From: Eledone cirrhosa
Lineage: Eukaryota
DNA length: 64,000 bases
Direction: 5' to 3'
NCBI GenBank assembly: GCA_964016885.1
Contig: OZ024741.1
Coordinates: 344,658,001 to 344,722,000, forward strand
The position numbers and the translations under genes are program-made. The notes under the pieces are model-generated. The model had not been told where the DNA came from. It saw only the letters and a list, made by a program, of their open reading frames with translations, and did no database searches. This document shows positions 40,295 through 51,894 of the stretch, piece after piece. Position 1 is the stretch's first letter, and the number at the start of each line of letters is the position of its first letter.

Positions 40295-43200
40295 TATTTT
40301 CTTTTCTCCAAGCCCCTCCATTCTCCCTAGTCCCCACTGTGTTGTGTTGGTGACACAACAAAGATGCCCAGCCCACACTGCAAAGTAGACATCTAAAAGA
40401 CACAACAAAAAACACCCAGCACACACTGTCAATGTGGTTTGCATTAGAAAGGGCATCCAGCCATAGAAAACCAGCCAGAAACTCTCCTATATGAGCGAGA
40501 AATGGTCACCCGACCCAACCTGCCTCTAAATGGGACAAACCTGTCTAACCCATGTTAGCGTGGAAGATAGACACTATCGACGACGATGATGATGATGATA
40601 TAGAGAGAAAGAAGCATATATTGTTTGAGAACTATGGTCCATTGAATTTTTTTGGGGAAAACAAGGATTATCTCCTTTTATAACCTCTCCAATGTCTAAG
40701 ATACTCTCTGACAGGTATTTCCATATAATGGCTGACTGAACACACGTGCTTTTTCTGTAAAAAATCTTAGTTTTTTTCCTCTTCTCTATCTTTCTATTTT
40801 TTCTTTATTTCTCATTCTATCTTCTGATGAAGGGCTAGCTTCTGAAACATCCTTAAGACTCTTTACCTACTCTATCAAGTGTTAAACTAATATATCTCAT
40901 TTTACTGTATTGTTTGCTTTGTTGTTTTTTTTGTATATATATATATATATATCTGTGTGTGTATGTGTGTGTGAATTATTCATATGGTTCCATAGATGAA
41001 GAGTACATCCTTCAATTCACATGTGTTACATCCCTGATAATAATATCTCTTAATTGCATCTAGAAACTTCCTTTCACGTCTGTAAATTCTTATAATTCTT
41101 TATTCCAACTGGGATATGAATACACTGCAAATGAGAGGTATCAAACTTCTCAAGTAAACAATATCATATCTATACAGAATGTATATATGCATGCACATAC
41201 ATCCACACACTCACACATATACACACACACATGCATATATATATATATATAGTATACATGTCATCATATATATATATGTGTATCTGTGTGTGTGTGTGTA
41301 TATATATATACATACATACATACATATACACATACGTACACATCCATGTGCACCCTTATACGCTCATACACATACAACACACAGAAAAACATATACATGC
41401 ACCTACATATAACTAAATTGAATTCATTGATAGTTAAAGCACTTGTATAAATACAAATGTGTGAGTATCCATGTGTTTGCATGTGTGTCTATGTATGTGT
41501 GTGTGCATTTGTGTTAGTTTATGTGTGTGTGATGAGCTTAGGGAAATCACTCATGTGTGCCATTGACAGGAATTTAAATAAGTTAAGGTGTAATAATAAT
41601 ATCTCCCAATCAATTGCAATCTCCTATTTTAGAGAAAGAAAATAAAAACCTAGCAACTATGAAGGAAGAGGGAAGATAATTTGAAGAAATTATGAAATAA
41701 TTTCATTAAGTTAAATTACATGCTTAAGGTGAAACTCCAATCTTACTTAACCAACAAAGCAACAGTTATGGACATGTTTTACCTTTATTGAACTTTATCA
41801 GTGAAGTATAATCATATTCAGGCCTCTCTAATGTGTTGACCAAAGTTTATTTTGATCTAGAAGATGACGTACAAAGATTTTTGGCCAGTTTAGCCAAGCT
41901 TTACTGACAAGATTTACTAATATAGGATCGTGTACATAGCTATCATGGAAGTAAGTGGCCTAGTGGTAAGGGTGTTGGACTTATGACCATAATGTTGTGA
42001 GTTTAATTTCTGGACTGGGTTGTATGTGGAGCAAAAACCTTCATTTCATGTTGTTCTAGTATACTCAACTGAAAATGAGAACCAACAATAGCTAGGAGTT
42101 TAAACCTATGATGGACTGGCGTCCTGTCCAGCGGGGAGTATTGTACTCTGTCACTTAATGCCATGGAAATGAAGATAAACACTGGCCTGGTGAGCCTACG
42201 GGCTTGAGACACATTCAGGCAAAATTTAGATATAGCTATCACCTTGTCTTATAACAAATATCAGATTTCCTCAACAATGTTAATATGAACACAAGATGTA
42301 AGTTACTTGAAGCTTGTGTGATATCTTGATTGGCATATGGAGTACAATCTGGGCTTCCAAAAGAAATAAAAATACAAATAATTGTTTCTACTTTAGGCAC
42401 AAGGCCAGCAATTACCCAGTACATTACTGGTACTTTATTTTATCGACCCCGTAAGGATGAAAGGCAAAGTTAACCTCGGCGGGATTTGAACTCAGACTGT
42501 AAAGGGACGTAACTATGCTAGAAAGCATGGCGTCCACCCTCTACCGATACTGCCAATTCACCGCCCTTAGAAATACAAATAATGGAAGTGTGCCAGATTC
42601 AATTTCAAAGAAGCATGGTTAAAGGGAGTTGAAAAAGAGTCAGGAGAATACAGTTTTGTATTCACTTAGATAGAAATACATAATATTGTCAAGACTTCCT
42701 CCTTACGAAACTTCATTTATGCTCAACACATCAAGTATATTGGACATGTAACTCCAGCCGAAAATACAACATACACAAAGAAATTATTGTTTGCCAAACT
42801 AACCAGAAGATATTATTGGGTTCCATTGTTGAAGTATGCAGAAATTCTAAACCTGACTATTGATAAGGCAAAGAAGTTAACAGAATCAAAATCTGAGTTC
42901 GCCAAGCTAGCCAATGAAGCAAGCTTGCCTCAAGGACTTCGGTGAAGTTTGATGGAGGATCTCTCAGAATGAAAAAATATAGATTAATTTTGTAGAATCA
43001 ATTCTTGGTTTCTTGAAATTATCTCCCTTATTTTCTCTGCATGTTACTAAAAATGACTGCAAGGTTATATTTTTCCTTCTCTAATTATGAAAAAAAATTT
43101 CATTATTTGAGAACTTCTCCATATGTCGTTCAGTACATCATGCATTAACTTACATTTCGTATGTGTACTATATATATCATTATCACCATTTAATATCTGT

Positions 43201-43629
43201 TTTCTATGCTTGCTATCCATAATATGGCTAAATGGTTCAGGTAACCACATCTTGTTCATTTGATCCATCTTTTGGCTTAGTTTACTATGGCTGGATTCCC
43301 TTCCTAAAGCCATTCACCTTACAGAGTGATCATCATCATCATCATCATTTCATTTTACGTCTGCTTTTTCCCTGCTTGCAAGGGTGGGATGGGAACTGAT
43401 TCTGGCTTGATTTCTACAGCTGGATGCCCTTCCTAACACCAACCTCATTTACAGTGAGTGCTGGGTGCTTTTTTGCCGTGGCACCTGCATGACCACTTTG
43501 CAGTGGAATGATATGGACCCCAGTCCCTATCATCTCATTTCTACAGCTGAGTAAACTGGAGCAATGTGAAATAAAGTGTCTTGCTCAAGGAAACAACACA
43601 TCACCCAGTCTGCATAAGACATATATATA

Positions 43630-45272
43630 TATATATGTGAAGATAGACATAGAATATTCGAAAATATTCTGTATGTTTATAATAAACATTTTGAAGACCT
43701 AATCGCTATAGAATAGAATACGTCACGTATTACAATTAGATTCTCGATAAAAGCAAGGGAAGTAACCTACGCGTTTCATTCTTATTAGAAATCTTCAGGA
43801 TTACATATCCAGTGCTTTTATCGAGAATGACACAGCTAGAGACTTATAGAATACTTAGCTGTGTACAGGAACTGGTTTGAAAGAGCGGTTGCCGGTCCGG
43901 CAGAAATTAGAAATTGGATTAAATGCTCTGAAATAGCGATATATATGTGAAGATAGACATAGAATATTCGAAAATATTCTGTATGTTTATAATAAACATT
44001 TTGAAGACCTAATCGCTATAGAATAGAATACGTCACGTATTACAATTAGATTCTCGATAAAAGCAAGGGAAGTAACCTACGCGTTTCATTCTTATTAGAA
44101 ATCTTCAGGATTACATATCCAGTGCTTTTATCGAGAATGACACAATCCTGAAGATTTCTAATAAGAATGAAACGCGTAGGTTACTTCCCTTGCTTTTATC
44201 GAGAATCTAATTGTAATACGTGACGTATTCTATTCTATAGCGATTAGGTCTTCAAAATGTTTATTATAAACATACAGAATATTTTCGAATATTCTATGTC
44301 TATCTTCACATATATATCGCTATTTCAGAGCATTTAATCCAATTTCTAATTTCTGCCGGACCGGCAACCGCTCTTTCAAACCAGTTCCTGTACACAGCTA
44401 AGTATTCTATAAGTCTCTAGCTGTGTCATTCTCGATAAAAGCACTGGATATGTAATCCTGAAGATTTCTAATAAGAATGAAACGCGTAGGTTACTTCCCT
44501 TGCTTTTATCGAGAATCTAATTGTAATACGTGACGTATTCTATTCTATAGCGATTAGGTCTTCAAAATGTTTATTATAAACATACAGAATATTTTCGAAT
44601 ATTCTATGTCTATCTTCACATATATATCGCTATTTCAGAGCATTTAATCCAATTTCTAATTTCTGCCGGACCGGCAACCGCTCTTTCAAACCAGTTCCTG
44701 TACACAGCTAAGTATTCTATAAGTCTCTAGCTGTGTCATTCTCGATAAAAGCACTGGATATGTAATCCTGAAGATTTCTAATAAGAATGAAACGCGTAGG
44801 TTACTTCCCTTGCTTTTATCGAGAATCTAATTGTAATACGTGACGTATTCTATTCTATAGCGATTAGGTCTTCAAAATGTTTATTATAAACATACAGAAT
44901 ATTTTCGAATATTCTATGTCTATCTTCACATATATATCGCTATTTCAGAGCATTTAATCCAATTTCTAATTTCTGCCGGACCGGCAACCGCTCTTTCAAA
45001 CCAGTTCCTGTACACAGCTAAGTATTCTATAAGTCTCTAGCTGTGTCATTCTCGATAAAAGCACTGGATATGTAATCCTGAAGATTTCTAATAAGAATGA
45101 AACGCGTAGGTTACTTCCCTTGCTTTTATCGAGAATCTAATTGTAATACGTGACGTATTCTATTCTATAGCGATTAGGTCTTCAAAATGTTTATTATAAA
45201 CATACAGAATATTTTCGAATATTCTATGTCTATCTTCACATATATATCGCTATTTCAGAGCATTTAATCCAA
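43630..45272. mobile_element. Retrozyme-like array of 310-bp hammerhead units (about 1.65 inverted plus 3.6 direct copies) in (TA)n
   Basis: CTGAAGA cores at 44148, 44458, 44768 and 45078 (period 310); minus copies at 43762-43804 and 44072-44114; inversion junction at 44143/44144; units look identical. Confidence 0.9.
44452..44494 (+). ncRNA. Type I hammerhead ribozyme (310-bp unit; repeated at 44762-44804 and 45072-45114)
   Basis: GTAATC-CTGAAGA-T[TTCT AATA AGAA]T-GAAA-CGCG-TA-GGTTAC; GUA cleavage after 44488; stem I extends past an internal loop with ATTCTCGATAAAAGCA/TGCTTTTATCGAGAAT. Confidence 0.9.
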
Positions 45273-45294
45273 TATATATATATATATATATATA

Positions 45295-47427
45295 TCATCA
45301 TCATCATCATCACCGTTTTACGTCCGTTCTTCCACGCTAGCATGGGTTAGACGGGTTGTCCTGTTGTGGGCAGTGTCTGGTCGGCTGACCATGCCTTGCT
45401 CATACAGGAACTGATCTGGCTTGATTTCTACAGCTGGATGCCCTTCCTAACACCAACCTCATTTACAGTGAGTGCTGGGTGCTTTTTCGTGGCGCCTACA
45501 CGTCCACTTTACAGTGTGGGCTGGGTGCTTTTTTGCCGTGGCACCTCCACGACCACCTTGCGGTGGGGGGAGTGGGGGCATATTGTTTATATGCTTCAGC
45601 ATGTACCCATGGGAGGTCGGGTACTCTGTATTACTGCGTGACGCCAGAAGTCACGGTCGTGTGTCATTGTCTTTGAGAGGTGTAGTTGGGTAAGGTCGGC
45701 TTTTATCACCTCATCCAAAGTCATCTTGGGTCTCCCCACTCCGCGGTTTCCATCAACTTCTAGTGCTCTGCACCTTTTTATGCAGCTGTCATCCTTCATA
45801 CGCATCACATGTCCATACCAGCGTAACCGCCTCTCCTGCACGCAGCATTTGATTCCTCTTATGCTCAGTCTCTCTCTCAATTCCTTTATGCTTTGTCGTT
45901 CACGTATATTACTGTTACACATCCATCGGAGCATGCAGGCTTCGTTTCTCTCTAATCTACGTAAGTCTTCCACTTTCAGCGCCCAGGTCTCACTACCATG
46001 CAACATCGCTGTTCGGATACACGCATCATGCAGTCTGCCTTTCATTCTGAGGGAGAAGCCTTTTGCAGCTAGCAGTGGTAGTAGTTCCCTAAACTTCTTC
46101 CATCCCGTTCTTACCCTAGTTATTGTACTTTCTGAGCACCCACCTCCGTTGCTAATTCGGTCACCTAGGTAGCAGAAGCTGTCTACTGTTTCTACAGGGC
46201 CCTCCCCGAGATTGGTGGTACTTGTTTCCTGTGGCTGTTTGCTTGCTGTTTCAGCACAGCTGCTGCATGTGAATCCTACATTCTTAATTAAGCTTCCTGA
46301 GATCCCGCTACATCTCTTGTGTACCCATTGTTTGCATTTGGGGCAGAGAATGGAGTTCCTACCTACACCTTTCCTAGATACTGAGCAAGGCCATTTCCCT
46401 GAGGGGATCTGGGTTCTGTTTTCTCGTCTACTTACAAGGACCTTAGTCTTTGTCATGTTGACTTTGAGGCCCTTTCTCTCTAGTCCCTGCTTCCAGGTTT
46501 GGAATTTATTCTCTAGTTCTACCATAGATTCAGCTATGAGTGCGAGGTCATCAGCATACAGGAGTTCCCATGGGCATCCGGTCTTAAACTCCTCCGTTAT
46601 TGCCTGCAGGACTATGATGAACAGGAGAGGACTAAGAACAGAGCCCTGGTGGACCCCAACCTGTACGCTAAATTCCTCGCTATACTCATTGCTAATCCTA
46701 ACTTTGCTGACTGCTCCCCTATACATGGCTTGTACCGCTTTCACAAGCCATTCATCTACTCCTAGTTTTCTAAGAGCCCACCAGATTACTGCACGTGGAA
46801 CTCTGTCAAAGGCTTTCTCAAGGTCGACAAATGCCAAGTAAAGTGGCTTACTTTTAGCTAGGTACTTTTCCTGTAATTGCCTCACAAGGAAGAGGGCATC
46901 AGTGGTGCCTCTCCCTGGTATAAACCCAAATTGCATCTCGTCTATATTCACCCGGTCCCTAATCAGCTGTCCTATAACTCTTTCTGTTACTTTCATGACC
47001 TGGTCCATCAACTTTATACCTCTATAGTTTCCTCTATCTAGTGCATCGCCTTTACCTTTGTAGCAGTTGACAATGATGCTACTGCACCAATCTTTTGGTA
47101 TGGCCCCTTCTAGTATTACCTGGTTAACGATACGTGTGGTTATAGTGTGACCTACAGACCCAGATGCCTTCAGCATCTCGGCAGCTATACCCATCTTTGC
47201 CTTCCCCATCTTCATATCTCTGATTGCCTTACTTACTACGCTGCCGCTGACTTGTACTGCTGGTCCCTCTATAGGGTCTACATGGCGTAGGATCTCTTCT
47301 TCCCATGCATTCTCCTCATTTAGTAATCTATCATAATGACTCTTCCATGCATCTTTCTTCTCAGCACTTGTGAGGGCAAGCTCACCTTTATCATTCCGGA
47401 TACACTTCTCTCCAATGACATCACAAC
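45295..47427 (-). mobile_element. 5'-truncated young RTE LINE with open RT frame (45596-47215, 539 aa)
   Basis: GNYRGIKL, QFGF, FVDLEKAFD, GVHQGSVLSPLLF, LLYADD, a Cys-rich (PHD-like) insert, YLG; 3' UTR and (GAT)n tail; both ends abut (TA)n. Confidence 0.96.
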
Positions 47428-47484
47428 TATATATATATATATATATATATAAAAAGAAAATTTCACTTTACGTGGCGGAATACA

Positions 47485-47773
47485 ATAAATGTAATCTGAA
47501 TCTGAATTTTTCAAATATTAATAACATTCTATTTGTTTGCAATTTTGCAAACAAGCCTCAATTTTATAGCCATGTCTGTAGAATGAATACTTCATTCTTG
47601 CTCTTGTGTTGGCATGTGAACAGAACTCAGACACTAATGTTTTGCCTGCCAACACAAGAGCAAGAATGAAGTGTTCATTCTACTGACATGGCTATAAAAT
47701 TGAGGCTTGTTTGCAAAATTGCAAACGAATCGAATGTTATTATTAATATTCAAAAAACTCAGATTACATTTAT
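47485..47773. repeat. Inverted repeat (arms about 128 bp, spacer about 32 nt) between (TA)n tracts
   Basis: ataaatgtaatctg...cttgctcttgtgttggca is mirrored by tgccaacacaagagcaag...cagattacatttat. Confidence 0.85.
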
Positions 47774-47957
47774 ATATATATATAAATAGAAATTTATGAT
47801 GTAGAATCAAAAGGCACTTAGCAACATTATTTATTCCTTAGTTCAAATCCTGCCGAGGTTAACTTTGCCTTTCATCCTTACAGGGTCGATAAAATAAAGT
47901 ACCAGTAATGTACTGGGTAATTGCTGGCCTTGTGCCTAAAGTAGAAACAATTATTTA

Positions 47958-48072
47958 TTCCTTACAAATTGTTTCATCCAAATAAGGCAATGCCATATGT
48001 GCTTACAGAATGGAATTAAATTCAATCTGAATTCACCCATAGATATACCTTAATTTAGAATCTTCAGAGGAA
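47958..48072 (-). ncRNA. Type I hammerhead ribozyme with greatly extended stem II (family G)
   Basis: Minus strand reads TTCCT-CTGAAGA-T[TCTAAAT TAAGGTA...TGCCTTA TTTGGA]T-GAAA-CAATTTG-TA-AGGAA. Confidence 0.7.
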
Positions 48073-48172
48073 AATAAAGTGTTTATAATGATATCACAAA
48101 AGGGATAAGGATGAACAATGCCACATGCAAAATAACCAACAATAAACCCGTAAATACTGTAGTATATATAAT

Positions 48173-48224
48173 GGCTTCTACAGGACTAGAACTGTTTCAT
48201 TTGGAAGAAATCATCAGGAAAGCC
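48173..48224 (-). ncRNA. Hammerhead ribozyme (family C), slightly diverged, with upstream TATA box
   Basis: GGCTTTC-CTGATGA-TTTCTTCCAAAT-GAAA-CAG...CTG-TA-GAAGCC; TATAAATA at 48254-48247 on the minus strand. Confidence 0.7.
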
Positions 48225-48459
48225 AACTGTCAATGTAATATGGTGGTATTTATACATTTTCTGGTGGTAGGAGAGGGTGGTGATTGGGATGGGTGGAGGT
48301 CATTGGCTGATGGATTTAAAGAAAGGGGATTCTTTAAAAACTATATTTAGAGAAAAATACATAGTGATACAAAGGCAGAAGTAAATTCACACTAAGTACC
48401 TATAGACAAACACAAACATACTGAAAGTGTGATTACTCCCACTTGAACCCTGGATAAAC

Positions 48460-48491
<32 letters not shown>

Positions 48492-49970
48492 ATAACATTT
48501 TTAAAGAAGCTAGCAGAACTGGAATCCATATAATCACAGCCAGTTCTTTACTCACTCAATGAGGCATAAGATTTGAAAATGAGAATGTAGAAAACAATAT
48601 CTCAGAGTGCATACTATGTATGTTATTCATGTCTCCCGGACAGTGGTTATATCATGCATGCTGTAAAGTGGTCGTGTAGGTGTCATGACAAACAGAACCC
48701 AACCCACACTGTAAAGTGTTCATGTAGGAGCCACAGCAAAATGCACACAGCACACACTGTAAAAATGGTTGGTGTTAAGAAAGGCATCCAGCCGTAGAAA
48801 CCTAACCAGAAACAGTCTTATATGAGCAACTTACCTCAAATGGGATGACCCATTTAACCCATGCTAATGCGGAAAATGGATGTTAAACGATGATGATGAT
48901 ATTGTACAACTAATTCCACATCGCTTCATCGATGGCTAGGTCCTTCAAGATACCAGAAAAATTGTGTATGCCCCCCCCCCCCCATACACACACATATATA
49001 TACTTATACACAGTCTCAGTCATCTATTACTGTTGGATGGAGTGGCTATAACCTAGTAGTGACACTTGGTGTCAAAGGAAGAGGAAGTCAAATAGCTGAC
49101 TATTTCTAGGGAACGTTTTAGGCTGGAAGTTCAAATACTGAATTCATAGCTCTCAACCAGTTAAATATATATATATATATATATATATATCGCTTGACTT
49201 TCATCAAATCGGTCTGAGGAAACAATGTTTTCGTTGGTCTTTCCAATTGCTAATACTATCTATCGGTCGCAACTCCAGGTAGAAGGAGCAACATGAAATA
49301 AAGTGTCTTGCTCAAGGACATAACGCATCGCCCAGTCCAGGAATCGAACTCACAACCTCAAGATTATGATTCCAATTCTCTAACCACTCAGCCACACACA
49401 TTCACAAATATATATATGTATATAAAAGTGTAAAGATCGTCTTCAGTTAGGAATGACCATGGGTTTTGCATCTAGAAAGTTCCTCTCTGAAGTACAAGCC
49501 CGAGCATACCAATCTCCCCTTTCCACACCACCGATGTTGTCAAAGAAAAAGTCAAAGGCTGATACAGCTTGGCACCAGTTATGTGACAACATATTTTTTT
49601 CCAGCTGAATGAACTGGAGCAATGTAAGATAAAGTGTCTTGCTCAAGGACACAGCTCACCACTCCTGAAGTTGTAAGGCCAATGTTCTAACAACCAAGCC
49701 ACGTGCCCTCACACAAGCAAAATTTATATATATACATCATCATCATCACCATTTTACATCCGTTCTTCTACGCTAGCATGGGTTAGACAGGTTGTCCTGT
49801 TGTGGGCAGTGTCTGGTCGGCTGATCATGCCTTGCTCATATGGGAACTGATTCTGGCTTGATTTCTACAGCTGGATGCCCTTCCTAACACCAACCTCATT
49901 TACAGTGAGTGCTGGATGCTTTTTTTCCGTGGCACCTACACGTCCAATTTACAGTGTGGACTGAGTGCTT

Positions 49971-50042
<72 letters not shown>

Positions 50043-50058
50043 GTATGTGTGTGTATAT

Positions 50059-50371
50059 ATGATGAAGTTTTGTTTACATATATTTAGATTTTTATTGTGT
50101 ATCAACTTGTTACATGCGTTTTGCAGAGGATTGACTCAGGATCACCCATAAGAGTTATGGACCAGACTCCATTATCAATCTGCTCGTCAGACTGGTGATT
50201 TGACAAAAAAAATATAGTGTTTGTTGTCACATCGCGAGTATGAAGATCAGATCGATAATTGAGTCGGGCTCATAACTCTTAAGGGTGACCTTGAGCCAAT
50301 CCTCTCCAAAACATGCGTAACAGGTCAATACACAATAAAAATCTAAATACATGTAAGTAAAACTTCATCAT
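50059..50371. repeat. Diverged inverted repeat (arms about 135 bp) in TA-rich context
   Basis: atgatgaagtttt...tttagatttttattgtgta...aagagttatg is mirrored by cataactctt...tacacaataaaaatctaaa...aaaacttcatcat. Confidence 0.8.
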
Positions 50372-50754
50372 TTTTAATATATACACTCTGCCTGTGGATA
50401 GAGCGCTTGTTTTGATACCAACACCAGTAATTCACAGAATCACCATCACTATATATATATAATGTACGAAGTTAAATTTTCAGTGTTTGAAGCAGTGAGT
50501 ATATATATATATATAACCAATATATATAACCAATATATATAATCAATATATATATGCCAATACTGGAATTGAATAATCAAAACCGTAGTGGTATGTCACA
50601 TATGAAATCTTATATTTTGTCTGATGAAAACGTACTTAAACACCATAGTTCCTTTGAAATATGTATAATAAAATATATATTTTGATTATGAGAATATTTT
50701 TTATTTTTTAACATTTTGAATAATATATATATATAAGATAAGTTTATCCTAAGT

Positions 50755-50935
50755 TTAATTGGGGGTAACCACAGTAAGTAAGGTACTCAATACAAAGTAG
50801 AGTATAAATATTTAATATAGAAAAGGCTTCTACAGGACTAGAACTGTTTCATTTGGGAGAAATCATCAGGCTTCCTGATGATTTCTCCAGAATGAAACAG
50901 TTCTAGTCCTGTAGAAGCCTTTTCTATATTAAATA
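50755..50935. mobile_element. Fold-back family C element with complete plus-strand hammerhead at 50868-50920
   Basis: AGGCTTC-CTGATGA-TTTCTCCAGAAT-GAAA-CAG TTCTAGTC CTG-TA-GAAGCCT (7-bp stem I); opposed copy at 50824-50869 lacks the 5' strand of stem I. Confidence 0.85.
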
Positions 50936-51894
50936 TATATATATATATATATATAGTGTATATTAATAATACTGTGTATTCTAGCCTCTATATGTAAGTC
51001 TAGTAAATCTAATAGGTATTTAAAATGTTGGCTCTGAGAATCTTGTAACTACAAGTTCTTCTGCCCTCTCTCTCTAATCAAAATTTTTCTGAAACTCACT
51101 GACACCACCAACTCTTCACACATACCTAAGTATCTTAGCAATATTACAAAAGCCTGTCTACCTAAAACACCTCTCTCTCTTTCCCTCTCTTCCCCCCCTC
51201 TCTCTCTCTCCCCCTCTCTCTCTCTCTCTCTCTCCCTCTCTCTCTCTCTCTCTCATTCATTCATCATGCATCAATGTTCGAATAATGTTGAAATGAAGGG
51301 AAAAAATAATCATGCCATTCTTGAAGAGAATGTCACTTGAAGTTGTTGAAAGACATACTGAGTTTGTTTTGTTTGGTTCATTCGATTGGTTTGCAAGAAC
51401 ACATATATATTTCTTCTGGTTAAAATGTTGCTAGTTATAACAACAGAGGAAGTATTAGAAGACTTGAAATTTAGTAAAATTTTAGCATGTAATTTGATAT
51501 CAACTTTTGTGTTTTTTTAATTTTATTGGTTAATTTTAATTTTTGTTTTTGTTTTTATTTTTTTCCAGCTTTGGTTTTGGACGCAAAGTTTTGTTTCGCG
51601 TTTTTTTCGTTTTGTTTTAATTTTGTTTTCTTTCTAGTGTGTATTGTTGTTGTTGTTGTTCTGTGAGTGTAGAAGTGAATAGAAAATGTATGGTTGGTTG
51701 GTTGGTATTAACTTTAGGTGTCAGCTATAGCAACACAGTCTGTAAATACCAACTTCAATGTTAAACTTTATAGATCTTGTCTGTAAATATACAGGTGACA
51801 GTCACACACACTGTGGGGCAGGTGTTGATTGGATAACACACATTGAATAAATATTGGCTGGATAGATATAGTGTATAGGTGTTGGCAGGATAGA

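Noticed and set aside
42600-43010. Possible decayed transposase coding sequence
   Set aside because: No recognisable motif in any frame by eye.
45596-47215. Autonomous or domesticated RT gene, or partner of the hammerhead elements
   Set aside because: 5'-truncated RTE-clade copy lacking the endonuclease; not a Penelope-like RT. Adjacency to the 310-bp array is explained by the shared TA tract.
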